Source: Tubiluchus corallicola (Eukaryota; Animalia; Priapulida). From it: DNA of 64,000 nt. The translations under genes and the position numbers were made by a program. Below the pieces are notes generated by a model. The model was not told where the DNA came from, searched no databases, and saw only the letters and a program-made list of their open reading frames with translations. Of the stretch, positions 23,641-37,900 are shown piece after piece. The stretch covers positions 62,001-126,000 of the forward strand of contig JAQGDQ010000273.1 in the NCBI GenBank assembly GCA_030141605.1, given 5' to 3'. The first letter of the stretch is position 1. Each line of letters opens with the position of its first letter.

Positions 23641-26067
23641 ATCATGATAATGATGGCGACGACGATAACACAGCAACAACATTACCGCAAAGTCGAAATA
23701 TGTGAAATAACAAACATTTTGCTCATTCTTCTTAAACAATGATAATAAACTAACGGATGCCACTTACAATTTCCATTATAATTAACAGTCAGCATGTTAA
23801 ATATTGAAGCAAGGTATATGCAAAATACAATGTGATAACGTCACAAACAATGACTTTGCCTCAGCATTTTTCCAAGCGAAATTTGCCCAAAATGAAACCT
23901 GCGATCTATGATTTACTCGAAGCGACTCCTTCTGGTGGACGTGTCCCAAAAAGTTCATCATATAACCAGGCGTTCTGTTTAAGAGTTACCTTATACTTAC
24001 AAGACATATATCTTATAAGTTTTCTGAAATTATCTTTACTAATTTTGGTTAATGTTATTTTACTTTTAGTTCCAATAACACCCAACGAAGACGTGCACGT
24101 GTTCAATTATTGTGTGAATGAAACATAAGCCGTCCATTTGTTGGCTACGACAGCCTCCTGGCATATTTTAACAACATTCTATTGCAAGATTTGGCTTGCA
24201 AGACCTGATCTACATAGGTTAAACAACAACTGAGGAAGCACTGTTGCTTAACGGATTAAGCTTGTAAAGGTTGTATGAGTTGCATACAAAAAATGCACCC
24301 AAAGCGTGAACAGAAAACGAAAAAAATTTCATTTTAAAAACTGCAGATAACGTTTATTCAACATGATTGTAACTGTTTATAAAAACAACTGTCCCTGGCA
24401 ACAGGACCAGGTACATTATCCGCAGAACTAACGAAGGTCAAAACAGACCCCAAAGGATGTCTTCTAATGGACAACGTCATTTATACGCCTCTTCTCCATA
24501 AAATCGCCTCTAATCATAATTAGATAATTACTTGGCATAAATTAATTTTGATCTTTACAATAATCTAGACAATCTATACGTCTCTATGGTTCCTCATCAC
24601 AATCTATGGCCATCATACAATAGATAATAATTATTAACGTATTATTTTAAAACAATTTTGTTATAAAAACACTCACTGGACATTACAATAACATTTTTAG
24701 CACCAATAACAGTTGTCATATTATGTATATTAGCTACACACAAGAATATATAAAACACATCAGTATACCTCCACTAGTAGAGCAGGTCCAAAGATCTGAA
24801 GAGTTGTATTTCATATAAATAACAAATTACACATTGTCTTGGCTTTACTACTACTACCAACAATAAACTACAGCAGGACAAAAAACAACTGTCCTAGGCC
24901 GATAGCAATTAGAAAAATAACCAAAACAGATTGATAGTTTTAGCGAGTTTTTTGATTTGCTTAAAATGTTTGCCTTGGAAGTAATGGCATTCTTGTATTG
25001 TTGGCAGTATGTACGTGGTCTAAGAGTAGGCAAACTGTTTACTGTTTATATAAAACTTAAGCCTTAACTGAATGACCTAATTTATAATTAAAAGAATTTA
25101 AAATCCATATTTATTCTAGGTCGGTAATCATGATCTTATACATGCATAGTTTCATCTCATGACAAAATCTTTTAGAAAAAATTACGAGGAAAAGAAATGG
25201 GAAAAATAAAATGACCATACTTCTAAAACGTAAACCAGAACAAGGGGAAAATTTGTTGCAAATGTTGATTGTGTTTAAAAATGTGGTTTAAAAATAAATC
25301 AATTGGTATAAAATTTAATTTGACTAATCATCAATTGCATTTTGTAAATAAAAACAAAATAACTTGTTCCCAACTTCCTAAAAACTAACGGGAAAACAAA
25401 ATCAGAGAACTTAAGCCATAGATAATGAAAATAAACAAACTATATCGATAAGAGTATAAGTTAAGATGTTAAAACAAAAACCTTTGTAATACTGATATCT
25501 GCTAAAGTCCATAAGCAGGCCAAACTACATAATTATCTACTAAGTGAGAATGAAGAGTCTATGTGCGAATTTAGCTACAGCAGAATGGGCAGCATCTAGA
25601 TATTTTTTTACATTTATACATCTTACAACCTTTACAAGTTTACCACGTTACATAGATAAAACAATTATAATATATTCTTATGCTTAAATTATTCATCGTG
25701 GAGACATGGATGCAGCAGCTTAACTAATAATTCATAAAAAAGCTCTAAGTGGAAAATGACAGGGTAGTTTTGGCAGTGATAGACCTGAGGTACAGCATGC
25801 ACACCACTCTAACTGACTTATCTTTTCAAATATTTCACTCCATGGAAGCCAGCTGTATTACGGCACATGACATATTACGGCATAAATGCATTCACGCGAA
25901 GCGTTTACAGATTCTACAAAGACAAAGCAGATTCAAATAGCCAACTAAACAATAAGACAATCGGCTTCGCATTGTAAAACTTTTCCAGTGACAGTACTAG
26001 ACAGAATTTGCCGCCACGATTAAAATTACAGTTTATAAGTTAATAACTATAGAAGACGTGCTGTTTT

Positions 26068-29000
26068 TCACCAGACCGGTATAGTTCCTCCTGGTTTTTC
26101 CCCTTCCGGAAACTCTAACTCTCCAGAGCCTAACTCGCCACTACCGGGAAATTCGTCCGAACAGGGTAAACAATTGACAGCATTGACTGAATCATCGAAG
26201 AAATGCAATGCATCATCATCGGTGTTGATTTTCACGCCGTGCACGCATCCCATAAAACCCGTATCAAGTGTCACGTTCATCAACTGTTTAGGGAAATCCG
26301 GTACGCCGCCTAACAAATGACAAACATTAGAAGAACATAACCAATTTTCACAAATCAAATCATTGCAAAGCTCAAAATAAAGAAGTGCTTGCCCATTTCA
26401 AATAGTTTTTACATCTACCAATTCAAATTTTTGTGTAAGATAGTAGCTCGATATCCAAATAACCTGAGGAAGGACAATAAAAGAAACAGCTTAACTGCAA
26501 ATATCAGAAAATTTAAATGAATTACAATATGAAAAGGGCCTGTGTCTGAGTCTGAGTCTATTTAAGCAGTTTAATAAGCACATTTTTATATTCAGATGGT
26601 TTATGTGTTCACAAAAGACAACTGCTGTACAACATGATCACAGCTAGCTAAAGATAGTAAGGCAGGTTAACACGGTTATCAGACAGAACTGAAATGGGCC
26701 CAGCAACCAGTTAATTGATAATAGGTGTCCAGCTAGACTAAAAGCACTAATAATAAATGCTGATAGACTCTGCTTCCAAACTTAAGTGAGCTTTTACATA
26801 ATTCTGTCATTATGTATTAGACTGTCTATCACTTTGTAGGGATTATAAATAATTGCAGTAGAGAATCCATAAACAAAGACCACCTGAACTTCCCAAGCTT
26901 ATTACTCAACTTTAAGCAATGCAACAGCTACAAAGACTTTTCTCACCAAAGTAAATGTTTCCATCAGTGTTGAGCATTAGACTATCACCCTGTGAACGTC
27001 CGCTCACTACCTCTTCTTCGTCTATAGTTATATTGCTCTCCTGTCCAGTTCTAAAGCAGATAAAGACTTAGGGATTAAAAAATACTTAGGTTACTGTTAA
27101 TACAATATTATTCAGCAATCCCTAACAACAAAAAACTATAAAAATAAATAATTTCGTAAGACTTCTTAGTAAAATTATCTTGAAATTTCCAAATAAATTG
27201 ATGGAATTTTTTTTACCTCAGTAAAAAACCCACACCCAACACTAGTGAAATATTGTCATTTAAATTTGACATTTCTGAGGGGACACTACATTTAGCTTGT
27301 GCACATATACATAAATGCGGTCTGCACATCTGTGTGTCACAAGTCTTGCAATAAAGAATAAAACAGGTGAAACTAGCAGCTGTACAAATTTTCAGCTACA
27401 TCAATTTGTATATAATAGGCACTAAAAGCAATCTCATTGATAAATCTATATACAAAATGGTTTAATCTAACACCATCAACTCAAAAAATGATGTCTTCTC
27501 CCGAACAGAAAATTTGCCAAATTCATTTATCTACCTATTATATTTACCTTTGTGATGCCATACACCATAACAAACTTTAATGCAAATAAGCATTTACCTT
27601 TGTATTATTACTTTGTGAATTTCTCCATCATCTACTTTAGTAGTAGTTTCTAACACAGCTGCTCCACTGCCCAACTCATAACTAAAATAATGTCAAAGTT
27701 GTACAAAATGACAAGCATATATTATCTTATTATGAAGTAGTTAAATGGGTCCATGAGATGATTTATTATATGATAAACAATAGATTATAAATATTTCAAC
27801 TACTAACGTAGGAGAATAACTTCCTTTAGGTAACTGAAATATGGAGTTTATCTATTAATAAATCATCTCCTGTACCAATTTAACTTTTTTCAGTATGTTT
27901 CGAGGTGTTAGGCTACTAATAAAACAGCTATCTTATGAACTGTCTATTCAATTTGCAGCCTCAATAGTGCCATTTACTTCATAAGGCATATTTTCCAATA
28001 TTCACTTTGGTATTTATGACAAAAGCGCAAACCAAAAAAGATATATTTGTATTTTGTAAAAGAAATACAAAAGCAGGCTTTGTCTGTTACATGCCATGGC
28101 TATGAAAAACTGATTTGAACAATTACTGAAAATATTATCACCTGTATATCAGTACGCCATCTTGTAAAAGCAGATACTGGTAATCATGACCCAGTGCCAT
28201 TGTACCAGGTCGCTGACCTTGCCACATTAATAAACCATCAGAAGTGTCGGCTCTGCAAAAAACATTAAACAATATAAGAAAAAAATCACTAAAGAATAAG
28301 AACTCTAGCTACCCCAACGCTCTGCATGGAAAACATTAAACAATATAAGAAAAAAATCACTAAAGAATAAGAACTCTAGCTACCCCAACGCTCTGCATGG
28401 AAAACATGACGCTCAAAAAATCATTAATACCTTTAACACAAAATGTGCAAAACGAGTATTGAATAGAAGGGAGCAATTATTTGTTGCGATAAAGTTTTGC
28501 AAAAAATAATGACGCAAAATTACAGTACTTAGAAAAAGCATAGCCACTAATAAAATAAGGTCAAATCTAAATAAATGTGAGTAACTGATCAAAGAATTAC
28601 TAGTAAAAAGACATTAAAACATTGATTTGATAATGATACATATTGTAAGAACAAATTTATTGTCATACTTAAATGATAGCTCAATGGTTTCCGTGCTGCC
28701 AGTGCCGTGCGGCAAAACTTCCTTGTCAAATTCAAGGTAGCTGTTTCCTTGGAAGAAGACACTGTAGTCAAAGTAGACCTCTGCAGAACAATATAAAATA
28801 TTTCTTTAACATTAGCAGCAAAACAGTTGTAAAATTTGTAAAATAGATACCAGAATGCTTGATATTATTCAATTCAAACTGACAGAATTATTTTACAAAA
28901 GAAAAATCTATGAAAACGAAGCACGCAGAGATGGATTAGACATATACTAGAGTACTAGATAAAAGAAAGTAACCGGTATAACCCAATAAGATACAACACA

Positions 29001-32000
29001 ACATGTTTGGAATAATGTAATCAGGACATCTAAAATGAATTTTAAATTTATTGTAGATGTCAAACATAAAAATTTCCACTAATTTCAGAAATATCACAAT
29101 AAAATAACAAAATGAAAAGTCAACAATCCTTTCAAAAAAAGAGTAAATACAACATGTACCATCTCCACAAAGACGGCCACCAAAACCTTTCGGGCAGTCG
29201 CATTCGTAGTCCTCTGAGTCAACTCCACCAAGTACGCGGCATGTACCTCCGTTCAAACAGGGCAGCTTCTCAAAGCAAATATTCATCTCTGACTCACAAT
29301 CTTTACCTAGAAATGTAAAATGAACATGAATATTAATGATCTGCATGCAACATCACAAACTTGCTTACGTAAATTTCATATAACACAAACACTGTTGTTA
29401 GCATAAAATATGTATAAAGTACTTCTTCTTGGCACACTTAGGAAGGCCATTATTGAGGCTAGATATTGGTTGAAATCAATCTTAAACAATGGGTATAAAG
29501 TTTTCAGCTATGTGTAGACATTAGTAATAAATGTTTCTAATGGCTACAGAAACTTCCGAATGGCAAGAACTTCCTAGATGATTTCAATTATCTGCCACAT
29601 CCAAGTCACTTGGCACTCTAACAAAGGGACTGCTGTTTGATATTTTACGAGAGAAAATCAATTTTCAAGTAATACAACCTTTTAAATGGAACCACTACAA
29701 ATAATCATAGGTTAAAACAAAAGCAATGACTATCTCTATGAGCAGAGGGATAACTTAATGAATAACACATATTGTCTGGAAACTGCAGTTGAGTCCTATC
29801 AGTGATTTTAAAAGTGGTCTCCCCATTATTTTGTCTGTTGGAAGAAATTTTCAAGGTTAAGTGGGTGAATAACACCTTGTAGTCATGTTCTAACAAAGAT
29901 ACATAGTACTGAATATGTACTGCACGGACCTTAACCTTGAACACAACTCACAACGAATGCATCACAAAAATTGCCCTGGCTACAGAATCTTGGTCACCTA
30001 TCCAAGCGCTAATCAGAGTCAGCAAATGCAAACATGAAAGTTGTAAGCAAGTAGTATAATCACTTTTTCTCAGGCTCACTTCTTAATCTTGAAACTAGAC
30101 ACTGATACAAAAACAAAATTAACTACATAACACTACTCTTGACTAGCCTTAAAAGTACTCAGATTAACAAAATATTCAAAGCAGTTAACAAGCTTCAAAT
30201 TAAAGTGTGTACCAATGACAAAATACCTGTATAATCCACAGGACAACTACAGAAGTAGTCTTTGTCACCCTCTGGTGAGCAGGTGCCACCGTTTATGCAT
30301 GGTGAGTCATCACACGGGGCCACGCCACAGTCGACAATATTAGCACTGTCCACAATGTCGGGTGAATTGATCAAGTCAAAGTCGTCGCCATTGATATTGA
30401 GCTGTAACGAAAGCGTAAATTAAACAACCTAAAACATATACCAAATTTAAACTGTAGCTAAAACGGATTTTAGTCGTGTACTAAATAGCCCACAAACCAT
30501 CTGCGTCAATCAAATAAAGTAAAATTAATTTGTTTATTGGTGTTAAGAGCAAAAGGAGTCAATGCAAACATTTCTGTTAATTTTTTTTGCTATTAAAAAT
30601 GTATTTATAATAAGCAAGCACGAAATAAAAAAGGCCGTTGTTCAATCCACTAAAATCGTGGCACCATTGCTTACCAAAAGTATACTAATTCAGGATATAT
30701 ATAAAAAAGTTTTGCAGTGTGATGTTACAATATAATGAACTAGCTTTATTATACAAGTAATGCTTTATTATTAATTGCTCTCTTATTTCACTGACACATT
30801 ATATTATTAAAGCTTTAAAAACATTATCTAAACAGAAGTTAACATTTTATTTTCCATAACGTCACGAGAAATAAGCTTCTTCATTTTTGAAATTCACTTG
30901 TTTAGAACAGGTTTAACCTGATAAGTTACTGGGTTAGAAATGAATCTACCCCATGTGTATGAACATGTGTGAGCATGTTCCATATGCGAACACAACATGT
31001 GCATAAGACGTACAATTTATAAACTGAGTTTGCAAACAGAAGAAACTCATAGTCACTTTGCATAGAATGGCAAATTTAAAAACAAGAAATGCTTAATTTA
31101 TTCAATTCTGATTTTCATTCAAGAGAATATGCAGTCAGTGGCTACATAAGCTCTACCTGTACTTTTTGCAGCCATCTACAAAATTAAGACAAACTTACTT
31201 ACAGCTCCATTCCTAATAACTTATCATTCCTACATATTCAAGGAAACCAATCATCTTAGAAATTGTTGTGGAAAATGGAGATGAAAATGAACTTGTTGTG
31301 GAAAATCAACAAGGAGATAGAAAACAAATTCATTAAATCTTCACATGAAGACATACCAATGATATACATCCATAAAATCCAGTTGACACTTCCACTAGAG
31401 GGTTTATCGTGACCTTGTTAGTAACACCTCCAACATATAGCGGAGTGTTTAAGTTGAGACTGCGAGTGGTACCGGGAGCTCGTCCCTTCACAGGAACGCC
31501 ATTATTGATTGACAGCGAACCGTCCTGATTGTTCCTTTCAGCCACGATTGTTATCCACTCGTTCTCTGGAACTTGTTCATTGCTAACAATCACTGCTGGA
31601 CCTGATTGCAAAGTAAAATGGTGTTATTAGACAAGTAATGAAAAATTAATGTCTAACCAGTTTTTACAAATACTAATATTTAAGAAGAATATTATTATTA
31701 AATTGACAAAACAGTAACATACAGACACACAAAACAGCAAAGTAAGTACAATGACATAAAGAGCACTGTTAATATTACACCATTGTTACTACTAGATTAC
31801 TGAAAAAAAATTAATAGCCAAAGTCAATAACGAGCTCATAATCGACATCCTAAGCAAAGAAATAGCTCCCACTAGCAAACTTGGAATTAAGTAGCATACA
31901 GCTCTGTTCTTGATCAGCCTTGCTTAAAAATGCAATAAACTTATCAAAAGCATATATAACAACATCAATGACAGACATTTCAATATTATGGCTTCAAAAG

Positions 32001-34905
32001 CTGAATGTGTAAAATTAAAGCTCTTCTCTCTATAGCATATTGCAGTACAAGTACATAGACACTATATGGAAATCTTCTGAAACATAAATCAAGTTTCTAA
32101 AACTTTTCACGCCGCAAAATAACTACTGTGCGCTGTGTGATTTGTGAGAACTGCATACACTGCATACACTTAAATTCTACATAATAAATTAATATACAGT
32201 CTTTACAAATCCTCACCTGATCCAGTGTCAAAGCGGAATTCAATGTAGCCATCTTTCAGTGCTAATGAAACGAAATCTCCTTCCCCGTTTTCTCTCTGAC
32301 TGCTATATAGGATTATTCCATCCGTGATTTGCCATGGCTTAACCTAAACAAAGTGATAGTGAGCTACTCATGTTAGCCAAAATGGCACCATTAATGTAAA
32401 TAGCAACAGAGCATTTAGAGATATGTTTTAATGTTTCACACAAAACTTGTAAAAACACGTCATTGAACCTTTTATTTGTTATATGTTATACACTTATTCG
32501 TGTGAACCGAACTAAGTATTGTCAAATACATAGTCCAAACCCAGACACAATGCATTTATATCAGAACAAAAAGCAAAACAATGAAAAAAGACAAACTATG
32601 ATAAAGAGTTAAACTAAAACACACCTTAACAACGAATTTGAGCATTCGTTCTACATCATACAACTTGCTGAAAGCAATGTAAGAGTTGCCGCTGAAAGCT
32701 GGATGCATGATATCCACATCCGAATCGCACCTCGTACCCGCCTTCCCTATTGGGCATTCGCACTTAAAGCCTTCATATTCCCTGTCGTCTACTATACATC
32801 TTCCGTCTCCACACGTATCTGGCAGACACACGGCATCTTCTGCACAGGTAGGTCCAGCGTAGGCAACGGGACACTTGCAAATAAAGCCCGACTCAGTTGC
32901 AGCTTCCGTGCATGTGCCGCCATTTTCGCAGACGACGCCCTCGCACGAGGGGCAGTTACCGATTCCAACTACTTCAATGGCTTCATTGGCCAGATTGTAA
33001 ATGGCAGAACCACGCTTCAGTTGTGATATGCACCCTTGAAACATACAAATTTCACTGACAACTCGAAAACTTACATAATTTCTGCTTACAAATAAGAAAC
33101 AGTTGGGGTGTTTATCAAAGAAGAAGTTGTACAGAAACAAAATCTTTAGTGAATTGAGCCTAACAAAACCAAAAAAAGGAGGAATCAATGGAATGATTAT
33201 TTTTAATCTTCTCACAAATGTAATGACATGAGATGGAAAATTTCTAAAAAATTTAAAACTCATTTATTGTTAATTCTAAAGGCAATTAATTTCTATGCAA
33301 AACCTTTTATGACTCAGCCTGACTACAGATCTTTCAAATGAAGCATTTTTTCCATAGCAATTAAGATACTCCCACTTACCAACAAATCCGGTTCTAAATC
33401 CTGAATTTTTCGCAATGTTGTCAAAGTCTGGAACAGCGCCAAGATACAGGTTTTCGCGCAAATCCAGACCCTGGAAATTGCCCTGTGATGTTCCATTTAC
33501 CACTTCATAATCATCCACAAATAATTGGCCTAAAAAGTAATATATAACTAGGCAACAGATACTTAACTAAAAAAAACTATTGTGATCTAATGGAAGAAAA
33601 AAGACTATCGATTTCATTTATCACGTAAAAACTATAATACAAGCTCAAATTAAATGACTTCTATTTCAGTTTAAATGGAAACTTTGTCACACAGAATTTC
33701 AGAAACGACATGTTGAATATTAAAAAGACACCCAAGCAAATATGTTCACAGATATTTTCTACATTTCTATCAGTAATTCAGATACCTTGAACATCATTAC
33801 ACATTAAACAGCTAACGACATTTGAGACATTTTCATATGATTAATTAATTCTGACTAAAGCCATTGGTAACATATACTAATATGTCTGTGAAAAAATTAA
33901 TATTAAAAATGGGAAATGTTCATTTTTGTCCAGGGAAGCAAGAATGTTTACTGTTTAGATTATTTTTTTAAATTATAAAAAATAACAACACCACAAAGTT
34001 GAAATAATTAAACATGGTACTTACCAAATTTTCGATCACGCTTGAATTGCACAGTATGCCAGACACCCAGCTCAAGCGGTTCCAGGCTACGTATGATAGC
34101 TGGACCAGAACCCATATCATACCTCAGCTCAGCATAGCCGCCACTCATTCCAAATGACAAGAAATCACCACCACCACCTTCCTTTTGGCCATTGTACAAT
34201 ATCAATCCTGTGAAAAGGAAACTCTCAAATCTGTGAAGCAGTGCAGAGCATAAGAAAGGCAAATGAACGTAATCAATTACTGTGATTGGTTTACTGTAAA
34301 CACGTTCAATACTCAAGGTATGTTAGAAGAAATGTGAAACACTTCATGAATGTTTCTATAACAGCAAAGCAGGCCTCTATGTACCAGTACATATTATGAG
34401 CTTCAGATTAATGAACATGCACTGTTCACACATGTTAATACACTATGTATGGCTAAATATGTTGACACCTTCAGTTATTCTAATAAAAGTCGTTGTATGC
34501 AAATTATGCATGACACAATATCCATTACATGCACTCAGAGTACACGCCTAAATGAATTTTTCTAAGTGCTTCAAATCAAACACAATAAAGTTGAATGAAA
34601 ACGCATACACAAAAAGTATTCTACAAAAAATTTTCAATATAAGCAAAAGTAAACAATTATTACCGTCAGTAGACTCTGGTCGGAATGAGATTGTCATATC
34701 CAAATCTAGATAAGCATCATTTATTGTCGGTAACGCGATGTACGACAGCGGATTCTGGGCAAAATATGGCACTAGTTCTGTGAGTTTGATCTCTACTGGT
34801 CGTGTCTGTTCGCCATATGCATTTGTGGCAACACACACGTAGAAACCAGTATGCGTGGGCGAGTCAATTTTCACTTTTAGAACTCCATTTTCTACTGTGT
34901 GTTCT
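26068..34905 (-). CDS. HSPG2: Perlecan domain V (endorepellin-like: 3 laminin G + 4 EGF) exons
   Basis: LG motifs GLILYNGQKEGGGGDFLSFGMSGGYAELRYDMGSG, DFVSLALKDGYIEFRFDTGSG and YELGSG; EGF motifs CENGGTC, CINGGTC and CLNGGTC. Confidence 0.92.
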
Positions 34906-37900
34906 CTGAATAACATAAAGTTATTGTAAGAACAAAAAATATAATGGTATATTTAGCAGCACATGTTGCACTCATTTATATAGAAGAAATTTTCTTATAA
35001 TGCCAATTAGATTTCTATAAGTCTTTGATACGTACGGTGGCAGATTTCCGTCTTCTTTGCGCCAGGTAACCGTCGGCAATGGGCTACCAAGTGCTTTACA
35101 AGGCACAGAAACTGTCCCACCAAGGTGAGTGAAAATAGTACCGGCAAATTCAACGATATTTGGTACAGCTAAAAAACAAAACAAACAGTTATAATTTCTA
35201 TTTATTAACAAGTAAATAACTAATTATAAATTTTCTGTGAAACCAGTACATGCTATGAATTGTGTGGGTTGATATTTGTTGAACTACTAAAGGTAACATA
35301 AGAAGCTTATACTTCCATTTACAGATAAACTGTGGCTAGTAAGATAATATTAAACTTCTCATTAGGATTGAAATCCTCAGTGAAAGTTTACCAAATAAAC
35401 GAACATGACTAAATGTCTGAATTGAAAGTTAGAATTCTATAAATTCCTACAATGTGTTACATTTCTAGGATAATTTCTCAAAACTTACCATAACCAAATA
35501 TATGAATATCATGCCTAATGCTACAAGCATTTAATAGGGCTTTTTATATATGGTTCGGCCCTTGCAATCCAAAATTAGCAAATGGCAGTAGAACTTACTT
35601 AATACAGATGATTGTGACAGGACTGGTAACCAGCTCTGAACCAGATTTAGTGGCAATAATCCACTAAAATAGACACTGGACAGTCAGTGGCATCTTAATT
35701 ACGTTTAATGTAATTACACACCCCTTCAAAAACAAATAAGAAGGAAAAAGGGCAAAACTGCCCAGAAACAGCCTATACAATAGTCATCCATCCACTTACT
35801 GATTAGATTTGGCATTGTTTTAATCACACACTCAGTTATTCCCTTTGCCTCAGCCAAGATTTATATCAATGTTTTAGATTAATCAGTTCAGCACATTAAT
35901 TTGGGAAAACGTGTGAACGAAAGTGTCAAAATCCATTGCAAAATTGTGGCAATTTATGTAAAAAAAATTGCATAAAAAATCCATAAAAGTTTCTAGAAGT
36001 TCATTCAAGTAATGACAATGAAATGAATAGAATTAGTCGAACTCACCCTCGACAGTCAGGTATACCACAGCTTGCACAGTGCCGGCGAAATTAGATGCTG
36101 AACACACATATGCACCGGCATCCTCCGACCGCACGTTCATCAGTGTCAGCTTACCATTGTCAACTTCAGCAGTTTCTGGTAGCCCTCCAAAAACCTGAAA
36201 TACACAAAATCCAGTGATTGTAAATTATTACAAGCACTGCTGTCATAGCACAATGGATAAGTGAACTATGCACGAAAATGATTTCAAATTTTACAATTTC
36301 TAAAGAATTAACAATTATGCAACTTAGCAACCTTTCGCAAAAATGATTATCATTGCTTTTGAAATCATAGGGAAGTGCCACGCTTGAGCAGAAAGAGATT
36401 ACCAACCTGCAAATTGATCAACATTGTTTCAAAGTGTTACTCATGGGCTGTTTGTGCCTAGTAATTAAATGCAGTTTTTGCTTAAGAATATGGCACCTGT
36501 TGTTTGCCTCACAATCTATGCGAGTCTAGCAATCTCTCTCAATGCATGTGCAGCATTTAAATCTATGATGACTTCATGAAATAATTGCTTTGGTGTTCTA
36601 CTAACTTCAAATGCATGAAATCTAAACATTCAAGCATTAATGATGGATAATTTAACCGTGTATTTAAAGACTTGGGGTCAATGCATATTACAGTTTTCAA
36701 ATTCTTAATATACAACAAAGAATGACATTAATTAATTAAATAAATATCCTAACAAATTTCGTATTACTTTTAAATAAAAATTAACAACGTTTCTACAGCA
36801 CACTAGCAGACATCATCAGGTAATGAAGAAAAATTTAAATAATTTAAGAACAAATCAAAAATATTATGACTAGTGTTGCTCCGGATACACTTTTTTGCCA
36901 GATACGGAATAATCGCGAATATCGAAGTTTTATAATTACCGGATAATATCGGATACAAATAGCTGGAAAGTATCGCGGATATCACGATTTTTGGATACGA
37001 ATCGGATATCTGGAGCATCACTAATTATGACAAAACTGCAAGTAACTATAAAAATATTAATCACAAGAAGTAAACTATCATTAATAATTAACTATGGATA
37101 CATAACTTTTGGCTACGTGACATTAGGGCATGTGGACACACTTGGGCTTGAGAGATTTGAGCACCAATAAAATTTAATGTTGTGCCTAATTTTTTATTTT
37201 CGTTTAGTAAATTTTCAATAACTCACTTTTTTCTTAGTTCCTGCTACATTTTTTAAGAATCAATACCTCACTAAATAAAATGTATGCAGTAACATATGAT
37301 ACAACAATTAAAACCAATCAATTGACTTCAGTGGCGACTCGTAGCTAAAATTAGTGGGAGTTCTGCAAAATTAAAAAATTTTTAGCTATTGTTTTAATAC
37401 CGTGCAAAATGAAACAAACATATGTAATTATAATGTTGTAATTGTAATTTTAAACAAACAAACAAATTTAAATATAACCTTGAAAAACTCCTAAACAAAA
37501 AATATTGTTTTCCTACGAATATCCTAAATTGTCGCAGTTCACGAATATGGCAACGTATTCACCACGAATATATACCAATACACGGCTTCTAAGCACGTGA
37601 CAACTGACAACATGTACTGCAGTGAGCAACAATACTCTTTCTATCTAAAGTCAGCATCTTATCTCAGACATGTGCGCATGGCTGCATATGCACAACAGCC
37701 AAACACCGCGTTTTGCTTGGGCTGTGAAACAAATTGTACTTCCCTCACATGCCCCGGTTCACACAAGTATAAAGAAAGAACTAAAGAAAAAAGATCATCA
37801 GACCAAGTATTATCAATAATGAGTGAAAACGGGGTGCTGCAGTACCACAGAACCTATACACGAGCTGCCACTGATTGACGTTGCACATTCTGGTTTCTCC

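Noticed and set aside
28259-28407. Direct repeats considered as a CRISPR-like array
   Set aside because: Eukaryotic intron; the units are adjacent and identical with no spacers, and no cas genes are present.
32703-33026. 107-aa plus-strand ORF
   Set aside because: Antisense to the perlecan EGF exon 33034-32625.
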